This document shows, one piece after another, positions 53,990-64,000 of a stretch of DNA of 64,000 bases; position 1 is the stretch's first letter; each line of letters begins with the position of its first letter. The DNA is taken from assembly GCA_013265495.1 (NCBI GenBank), contig MU058423.1:881061-945060 (forward strand). The letters are read 5' to 3'. This DNA comes from Vicugna vicugna. Its lineage: Eukaryota. The position numbers and the translations under genes are program-made. Below the pieces are notes generated by a model that was given only the letters and a program-made list of their open reading frames with translations, ran no database searches and was not told the origin of the DNA.

Positions 53990-54600
53990 TTAATGGAAAT
54001 GTTTATTGAAATAATTGTAGATACACATGTAGTTATAAAATTATAACATCCAGGGTAATGATGCTGATACAACCCACCAATCCTATTCAGACGTCCCCAG
54101 TTTTACTTGTACTCGTGTGTGTGTGTGTGTGTGTATGTGTGTGTGTGTGTAAAGGTTTATCGCCTATGCAGAAGTCATGCATCCCCCACCGTGGTCAAGG
54201 TACTGTACACCACAAGGATCCCACCCACTGTACCTTAAATAACCATACACCCCACATTCTCCCTCCACCCTGTCTCCAACCCCTGGCAACCATTTATCTA
54301 TCCTCCCTTTATAAAGTGTTTTCATTTGCAAAATGTTGCTACCAATGGGGTTACACAGTAGGTAATCTTTGGAGACTGGCTTTTTTCATTTTGTGTAATT
54401 CCCGGAGCCTCATCCAAGTCACGTGTATCAACAGTCTGATCCTTTTTCTTGCTGAGCAGTACTCCATGGTGTGACTGCCTCACAGTTATGTTTAACTATT
54501 TGCCTGGTTATTATAAATAAAGCTGGGGTTAACATTCAAGTACAGGTGTTTGTGTGAACGTAAGTTTTCATTTCTCTGGCATAAATGCCCAAGAGCACAG
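53990..54600 (-). mobile_element. L1 (L1MC/MD-like) 3' fragment, antisense, with embedded (GT)n
   Basis: tttattgaaataattgtagatacacatg...cccctggcaaccattta...ttgctgagcagtactccatgg...gttttcatttctctggcataaatgcccaagag. Confidence 0.75.
54115..54150. repeat. (GT)n microsatellite
   Basis: Directly visible, one interruption. Confidence 0.95.
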
Positions 54601-57223
54601 TCGCCCACTTTCTCTTTTGGCTTTTCCATTTCTCCTTATTTCTCCTTTTCCTGCCCCTCCCAGGGCAGTTGCTGATATTCATGGCCCAAGAGCGCCTGCT
54701 AGCCAGACAGCTAGGAAGCTTCATCACAAAGGGCCTCTCAGGGACGGCAGAATCCTTGAGCTTATTAGTCTGTGCCTGGACCTCTACCCAGGGTGACAGC
54801 ATCCTCCATCCAGACCTCTCCAACCCCGGAATCGCCACACTTGTTGAAAATGCAACTTCCTCGTCTTTGCTCATCCAGTTAAAAACCTGCCTGAGCGGAG
54901 TTGAAATTCAGGGAAGGAGGAGAGGGATGTTTTGGAAGCAGCATTTGGCCTGAAGGTTGGAAGACCTGATCCGAAGTCTTGCCCTGGATAAGTCGCTTCC
55001 CCTCATGTCCTCCATTTCCTTGTCTGTAAGATAGCCTAGGTGACCGCCACATCCTCTTTTAACTCTCCTCCTTCGTAGCCATGGGAGAGAGTGGGGCTGA
55101 CCAGTCCCCACCAGGGTCGAGTGAGCCCATCACAGTGGCTTTATCGGCGTGGATTTCTGACTGACCTTGGAGGGATCATCTTCCTTCCTGGACCATCACA
55201 AGCCTCGCTAGACTGCATGCTCAGTGCAAAGCTCTGTGCTAGGTGCCGAAGACAAAAATATGCATAAGTCACAGATTCTGGCCCTCGGGAGCTCAAAGCC
55301 AAGCCAGAAGTCCTCACCAAATTGCATATGCTAGGTACTGTTCTGTAAATCCGTTGCAAAACCTTTTTTTCCTGTGTGGGAAATGATTAAACGATATCGT
55401 GCATTTGATATGACAATCTGTTGCTTTAATAGAGCCCAGGGTAAGATAAGATTAAAAGAAGTGCCACAAAGGAGAGCAGGAAAATCTTTCATCTCTAGAA
55501 AGTAATGAAGACAGAGCCCAGATACAAGAAAGGTCTGGCTCTAAGTGGTGCAATCAAATTATATAAGGCTCTAATGAGCTTGATACAATTGGATTTCCAT
55601 ATGCAGCTCTCCACACCCAGTATTCACCCAAAGCAAGAATAGCTACCTCCTCGAATGATGAAAAGCTTGCTTGAATATACGCATCTAGCTGAGGGGAGGG
55701 CGGGAGCAAGATTCCCAGGGAGGAGAATCGTTCTGGACCTTGAATGAATGATCTCTGTTCAGAGAGAGGAGGAATGGTAAGGCTTACTAGCCATCCTTTC
55801 TCTCCCAGCTTCCTCTTTTCGTGCTCCATCCAGGGGAGAGTTCTTCCTCAGGTTTACAGGCAGACCTTCCAGGCTGAGTACTGACTTCTCCAAATTTAGA
55901 AACCAGGGAGGGCCACTGAATTGTCCCTGCAAGGACATGCTGGCCACAGGGGGACTTCCCAGGAGACAACAGATAAAGTGTGTTCTTTGTGCTTCTGTTG
56001 ACAGCCTGACTCCAAGTCCCTGGCCTCCTTTTAGCAGATAAGCCAGTCCAGCAGGACACTTGGAGGGGACACTTCCCCATGCTGGGGAGAAGGTGACAAG
56101 AAATAGAAATTGCCACAATTTCCCAAGGACTCCTCTGTTCAGAGTACATGCTGAAGTTAAACTGGGCCTTTCAGAGGCAGGAGGAGGGACCCCCTGCCCC
56201 AGGTTGGGTCTGTGAGTCCGTCTGGGCTCTTCTGCCTCCAGTAGCAAGGGCCAGGAGTTGGGTCCAGACCGACAAGAGCCCAAACGGTCAGCTGCATTTT
56301 TTTTAAACCAGCAGAAACCCCTCTATCAGTCCTTTCTCCTTCCCTCCCAAAGCCTCTTTCCTCTTAGGCTTCACTCTGTGGTTGTGCTGCTGTCATGGTG
56401 ACACTGATTATGGTCATTAGGAAGGAGAAGAGAAGCCAGCATGTGCAGTGTGTCCAGCCTCTCCCACTGCCTCTGCAAGCAAGAGGGAGCTTGTGTTGAG
56501 ATACCAAGCAGGCTTCCTGCAGGACACTGCTGAAGCCTTCCCAGGTTGGAGCTGGGGAGACTTTCAGTGGTCATGGCGGAAGCCAAGGTGGTGTACTGAG
56601 ATGTGTTCCATCCTCCCCTCTCTCACACATACACTGGGCCCCCGGTCACATGCACATGCACTCATTCCTGTGGACGTGCATAAAATATACATACACTGAC
56701 ACATCCATACATGAATCCACTCCCAAAGACAGACATGCAATTGTAAATTCATTTAAAAATTTACAAATTACTAGGCACTGGGGGTGTATCAGTGAACAAA
56801 ACAAAAACCACTGCCCTCGAGGAGTTTATAGTCTGGCTGGGGAGAGAGACGTTAGTGAGATAAATATATAAAATATATACTACCTTAGTAGTAAATGCTG
56901 AGGACAAAACAGAAAGAGGGGAAGGAGTTGAGGGGTACAGAGACACACGGCTTGGTTTTCTCGTAATTAGCTGGTATTTCGGCGCCTACATATGTGCACA
57001 GGAAACCGTGCTGGACCCTAGGGGAGAACCAGGAGAGCTATCACATTGCTCCTTTAAAGAGCTTGCAGTCTAGTGAGAGATGAGAAATACCCCGATGCAC
57101 CACTGAGTAAAGGTCATGAAATCTGGGGAAGGAGGGAGGTCACCGATGAGTGATATTTCTCTGGCCAGGATTACACACGGGCTGGAGAGACAAGTGGAGC
57201 CCCTGGGCACTCTGACCATGACC

Positions 57224-57237
57224 GCGCCCCCTACAGG
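57224..57237 (-). promoter_or_regulatory. Candidate CTCF site
   Basis: Minus strand reads CCTGTAGGGGGCGC versus core consensus CCASYAGRKGGCRS (13/14). Confidence 0.45.
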
Positions 57238-57274
57238 GGGACACAGCCTCTCAGACCCAGTCCCACGGGTGTAA

Positions 57275-57712
<438 letters not shown>

Positions 57713-57903
57713 TGATCATCACTACCCCTAAACCAGCTTTAGCTCAAAGGCCCCCAGCCCAAAGGCTAGCATGTTCTGGGGTTTCCCTAGAATTTGATTC
57801 ATTCAGATTTTTCTGGTCCCTCCTACCCTCTGTGGAGAAGTAAAGGAGGTGGAGGGGAGAAGAGCCACCAGCTGCACACTCAGGCTCTCTTCTCGCTCAC
57901 TAG

Positions 57904-58038
<135 letters not shown>

Positions 58039-59158
58039 TGACCCTTCTCCAAGGTCAGAACATACAGAGTGAGAACTCTGTACTCACGTCCTCATGCTGG
58101 GCCCAAGCTTCAGAGGTCAAAGTCTGTCTCCCTCAGTTCCAGAGTAGTGATGAGGTCTCCATCTGCCCTCAGGAGGAGGACCCCAAGGAGTGGCGCCAAG
58201 TCACCAGGGGAGGGACGCCAGCTCTGTCCTGCAGCAGCACGGAGCAGGCCATTTCCTCCAGCCTTTCCACACACCCCTACATCGGTCCCCATGGCCGGTT
58301 TCTTGGTTCCCAAGGCCTAAGGGCTCTGCCTGTCAAGTTTCTCGGTTCTGATGGGCAGTCCCTCCTCAGTCCCGGGGCTGACTTTGTGCTAGATTGCCAC
58401 GGGATAGCAGAGAAGAACGCCAGTTCTTGCCCTATCCCTGGGGCTAGGTTGATGCAATTTGTGGGTCCTTTTGCTCCTTACACTCCTCTTGGAATGAGAG
58501 ACAGTGAAAGAAGGAGGCAGTGCAGATATTTCTCCAGCCAAGGATGTTGTCAGTACCACCCCATCCTAATCACCCAGCTGTTCGCAGGGAATTCCGAATC
58601 TGAAAGGCTTTTTGTTAAAACAGAGTCATGGCTAAGGGGGCCACAGCTGGAATGTGGAATGACGCTTGTGCCTCACCAACAGGCTGGAAGGAAGGGCAGT
58701 GGGGCCAACCCTGGACCCTTGGCAAAAAGTGTTAGGAATAGCAGGGGAGGGAGGAGAAGTCAGGCTGGACAACCAAAGAGAGACAAAGTGAAACTCTTTC
58801 CTGTTCCTTTCCAGGCCCTCCCTCTCCAGAAAGCCTATATTCAGGGCTCAGCTCCTGAGGAAGGAATTCTTTGATTCTCAGTGTTCCATATCCTGGCCTC
58901 TCAGATATGGGAGGAACAGATGTTAGATGACTCTTAATATGAGCTAAATGTGGACACTATGGATGGCAGCTGAACCCCATGAGAGCTTACAAAATGGGAA
59001 AGCACTCTAAAAATCTTAGTTTCCAGGATTTATCAAATATCTCTTAGTGTCAAGAACTGTATAGTATATGTGTATCTAGAATTTCTCTCCAAGACTCAGA
59101 GCTTGCCAAAGAAATAGGCCTGGACCCAACTGCCCTTTCCAAGTTGCATGTGCTGGGT

Positions 59159-59497
59159 GGAATGTATACAACTGAAAGGAGATGGGTAAAAATATTTGGG
59201 TTTGAAGGGCTGGAATGTTGGCATTGAAGAAATGAGATTTTGGAATCCAGGGGTGGAATGCTGGCATTGAAGGGGTGGAATGCTGAGTCTGAGGGAAAGA
59301 ATGTCAGATTGTGGGGATACTGGGATGGAAGAGACGGAATGCCGGACTTCAGGGGAGGAATGTGGGACTCAAGGGGTGGAGTGTTGGGACGAAGGAGGGA
59401 GAATGCTGGGAGCAAGGGATGGAATGTTGGACTAAAAGGGTGGAATGCTGGGACTGAGAGACTGAATGTCAGAACTGAGCTTGGGAATGCTGGAATG
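59159..59497 (+). repeat. Degenerate ~21-bp-period tandem array (unit ~AGGGGTGGAATGCTGGGACTG)
   Basis: GGAATG-like cores start at 59255, 59277, 59298, 59336, 59357, 59378, 59400, 59421, 59442, 59463 and 59484, plus 59159, 59212 and 59492. Confidence 0.85.
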
Positions 59498-59543
59498 TAC
59501 AATCAATGGTGTTTTTATCTTCTGTTGGCATGTTGTCCTGTAG

Positions 59544-59600
59544 GGGTTGTCCTATCTTGTGGATGATCCCCTGTTATCTGTACGAACCTCCACCATCAAG
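59544..59600 (+). CDS. KCND3: KCND3 alternative 57-bp cassette exon (19-aa insert of Kv4.3 long isoform)
   Basis: cctgtag|GGG...AAG|gtataa. Translates GLSYLVDDPLLSVRTSTIK, the known Kv4.3L insert with the PKC-site threonine. Frame-preserving and not shown in the ORF track. Confidence 0.96.
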
Positions 59601-60557
59601 GTATAACTTTTTAAAAATTCAATTGATGTTTTCCTCTCTGATTCTTCTAAGTCTGTGGAGTCTCCTCTTTTACCCCTGGTCTGGTTCTCTGCATGTGCTG
59701 TTGATTCTTCTGGGGCTTACCCTACCTCTGCTGTCACACCCAGTACCAGCTCAGGTTTCTTTTCTTTTTTTTTTTTTTTTTTTTTTCCTATTTCTGATTC
59801 CTTTTTTTGACCTCCTCAGGGGCTTAGGGGGGCGGTAGAACATGGCACCAATGCTGGTGTCCTGTGAGTGTCCGTGGGCCACGTCTCTGTGCCACCTCCC
59901 CAGCTCCATGGGGACTCCTGGTATGGGCTGTCAGGGCTGGTCGCTCTCTCTCTGAACTCTGCTCTTATGCTACGTCTCTTCAGATTCTCCTCACTCTGGC
60001 AGCCTTGGCCAGACCATTCATGCCATGGGTTTTTTGGTCACCTTGGCTGAACAGCCATTTTTTTAGTCATCCTGGGTTCCACTCCACCCCACCCTGAGCA
60101 TCCCCAGCCAGGAGTCTGTTAGCATTCCCTTCCCATGCTTACACTTGACTTAGGGAATCCTATGCCCTTAGCTATATTAAGGATCCATACCCCATAACCA
60201 GGCGGAAAAAGCCAATAATTTAAAGAAATCATAACCCTGACAGTTTGACCCCATTGGCTTTCAAGAGCAAAGCTCTCCCAATTCTGTGAATAATCGAGTG
60301 CCTTTAAAAGCTTACGTCTCATACTTACCCAGGATTCATAAGGATCTCACCCATCAAATCCAGAAAAGACAACCTAGCGTACCCACTAGCCATAGGAGTA
60401 GTGACTCCTAGGGAGTCAGTGAGTCCTTACCTGCCACCCCCTGGAGATCCTGTCGAAGCTACAAAGTCAGTCAGGTCTTTGCTTCTGGCTCTAATGATGC
60501 CACTAAGTCCCCACCCCCCATGTCCTCAGTGTGCCTTCAGCCCAAAGCTGTCGGTGA

Positions 60558-61094
<537 letters not shown>

Positions 61095-61702
61095 TGAGGG
61101 GCTCCAATCACAGAGTAAAGCAAGCTCAGCACGAGGAGAGAACCCTGAGGGCCCTCGGCCCCATCCCCTGGTCGGATGCAGAAGATCCTCCCCCCACCTT
61201 CCTTCTCATCCGTGCAAGTTAACCCAAAGGCCCTTCCCATGCTTTGAAGGATACTGTAGCAGGTTTAGGCCCAATGTGGGCTTAGATACCAGAAAAAATA
61301 ACACAACAACAAAAATCCAAAAATATCCTACTCTGGTGCAAAGAATGCTTTCTCGAGGAAATAATTTTCACAATTGTATTAGACCTGGCTTATCCAGGCT
61401 GATTTTGAATCACAGACTAACTTTCCCCTCCTTTCTCTGCTAATATTTAAGCCACTTCCTGCTACCTCCAATGAGTGGCAAGGAACTCAGGGGAAAAATC
61501 AAATGCCACAAATGACGGGAATATAACCCACTGGAGGAAGACACGTGTACTCTGAATTCCAAAGCCCAATATACGTGACTTGTGCAGTCTGAAGTAGTTT
61601 AGGAATAATAATCAGAACGAGTAATTACAGACTGATTACCAAAAGCAGAGCTCTCTGTCTATATCGGTCTAGATCTCTCTGACCTCCTCCTAGTCACTGT
61701 GA

Positions 61703-61984
<282 letters not shown>

Positions 61985-64000
61985 AACCACTGGACAGGGG
62001 GCCAGTGCGGGTAGTGGGAGTGAAGGGGGCTGGCATGTTGGTGGGTGGCCGCTGGGACCACTCCCTCCCCCTTCCCCACTATTTCTGCCCACCCCATTGC
62101 ACCCCTAGCACTGAAACTTGTGCCTGGAAGGAAAAAGAGGCAGCAAAGGGGCACCTGAGGTTCACTGCTGCTAGCGTGGACATAGCCCTGTGATACTGCA
62201 ACTCACTGGGGCCAGAGGAAGGGAGGGTGGGTGGGGTAGGGATGGGATGGTGGGGGTAGAAGCTGCGTGCCAGGACAGGGCCCAGAGGGGGAAGCCTCAG
62301 ACCAAATGACAGTTGTTTATGGAGACCCCAGTGAGGAAAATACAAGACCAAGAGCAGCACAGAGGCCGAGATGTCACATCAAAACAGGAAGAAAATATAA
62401 CACTGTGGATTTAAGCACCTTTTTCAAGGCTCTTAATGGATAATATTTATTCATGGGAAAAGGTGGAAAACAGAAACACCAACGGAGTTTTGTGAAATGT
62501 TTTTCTCCACGGACCCAAGACCTTTGAACCAAAACAATGCGTTCTGTGAGGTTTTTGTTTTTGTTTTGTTTTTTTCCTTTTATAGCAAAAGCTTTTAGGC
62601 CAAGAAGTCAGTTACTGCTGAGTTCTCTCTCCATTCCCCCAGGTAGGTGAGGTCAACTGAGCCTGGGCCCCACTGCCCAGCTGACCTGCACAGAGCTGCC
62701 AGGTGACCACACAGCAACCCTTACCCTGTCTGTCCCTGTCTCCTTTGTCTCTGTACCTCTCTGCTTCACCCCTGGCTGTTTTCCTCCATGTCCAGCCGTC
62801 TGTCTCTACATGGACCCCAGTGATCCTAAGATGTGCTAGTAAAGCCTTCTCTACTGCCAAGCACCTGCAGACCCATGCTTGGAAGTTGTATCTGTGTGAC
62901 TGCAGTTGTGGGAGAGGAAAGAATGAAGCAAAAACAGGAGTTTAGGGCTGAGAAAAGTCTACCTTATAGAACAAAATGCTTCCCTTATGGTTGGAACCAC
63001 TGCTGTTGGAAGTTTCCATTTCTGGGCAAGAAAGGGAATGACCAGAGTTATCACATTGGGATCTTGAAAAAGGAAATAGCCAGCCCCAGAGATGCACAAT
63101 AAATGCTGGTGTGTGCTGGCAAAGAGAGAACAGAAGAACTGGGGCTCGCAGCTGCAGTCGGCCCCTGGGCCACCTTGCTATGTACCCTTCTTGCAGGACC
63201 CACCATAAAACCCATCCAGAGCTCTGCCAAGAGGCCCCAGGAGCAGTTTCCTGCAGAGAAGGCAGTGGTACGGGGAACAAGCTGCTGACTTATCTCACAC
63301 CTGAGGCAACCCCCACAGAGGCTGCAGATTAAGCCTGTGTGCCTCAAGAAGGATGCTCCGAAGTGTGAAAACAAGTAAGAGATTATAAACGATTCTTACC
63401 TGGCCTGAAAGATGCCTTGAGGTCTGAAGAGACTTCAGGCTGGATGTGCCTGAAGATAACTGAAATGGGAGAAGCCTGGTCACCTCCCTGCAAGTGAGGA
63501 AGTGCATATTATTTCTGGAGAAACTGGACACATTTCTGTGCAAGCGACTTGCAGCCTGATGGGGCCGGGAATAGCGTTTCTGGAATCCAGGCAATTTTCA
63601 CCGCTTACACACAGCAGGTGGGCCTTGGGGTTAGTGACAAGGCCCTTTCCACCCTCCCCAATCTCAACGACCCTGTTGCAGTCTCTCTTGCCTGGGTTCT
63701 GAGATACAGGAGTTCCTTGAGAACTCTTTATCCATTCAACAGCCTAGTGTTTAGCTGTTTAATTGTAGGCCAAGATTTTTTCTGCCCACCACAGCCATAT
63801 GGATGAGTTTCACTAGCCAGGACCCTAAAAACATCTTCAGTGGGCTTCCTTATGACCACAGCTCTATTGACCCTGTAGAAGGAGAAAGTCAAAGGGTTAT
63901 GAGGTGGTACCTAACCAGACGGTGAACAGAAGGAAAAAGGAGAGGGAGCCTTCCACCTTAACGCTATCCTCATTGACCACGGACTGAGTCCCTTTTCTCT
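61985..64000 (+). other. KCND3: KCND3 3' UTR (probably continues beyond the window)
   Basis: Follows the stop codon, poor in interspersed repeats, U-rich tract at ~62552-62583, one AATAAA at 63098-63103. Confidence 0.75.
63098..63103 (+). terminator. Candidate proximal polyadenylation signal
   Basis: AATAAA 1.1 kb after the stop codon, followed by a GU-rich tgctggtgtgtgctgg. Confidence 0.3.

Noticed and set aside
59159..59497. CRISPR-like repeat-spacer array
   Set aside because: Mammalian intron, a period of only ~21 bp, degenerate units with related rather than unique spacers, and no cas genes.
59050..59502. 150-aa minus-strand Pro-rich ORF with PAFHP-like heptad repeats
   Set aside because: Explained by the antisense reading of the 21-bp C-rich array, which rarely produces stops. 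No splice, promoter or homology support.

Overview
Mammalian (eukaryotic) genomic DNA containing the 3' part of KCND3, which encodes the Kv4.3 voltage-gated A-type/Ito potassium channel, on the + strand. About 51 kb (1-51321) is the distal part of the very large intron that interrupts the GYG selectivity-filter codon. Six coding exons follow (51322-51484, 57437-57538, 57904-57993, the 57-bp alternative exon 59544-59600, 60813-61060, 61783-61984; all GT-AG with consistent phases), then the start of the 3' UTR. The introns hold mostly ancient repeats (MIR, L2, CR1/L3, L1M, MLT1, hAT and Tigger fossils). Two short tRNA-Ala-derived SINEs suggest a camelid genome (inference). There is no prokaryotic-type system here. 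Signals not explained by the annotation: (1) a degenerate ~21-bp-period GGAATG(CT) array ending 46 nt upstream of the alternative exon, which is also bracketed by two identical TGCATGTGCTG 11-mers; (2) a near-perfect long-spacer REST/RE1 site at ~9.5 kb; (3) a G-quadruplex and a hairpin in the proximal 3' UTR; (4) a CTCF-like site before the second exon in the window; (5) a unique-sequence ~80-bp local duplication. Repeat boundaries and subfamily names are approximate, judged by eye.
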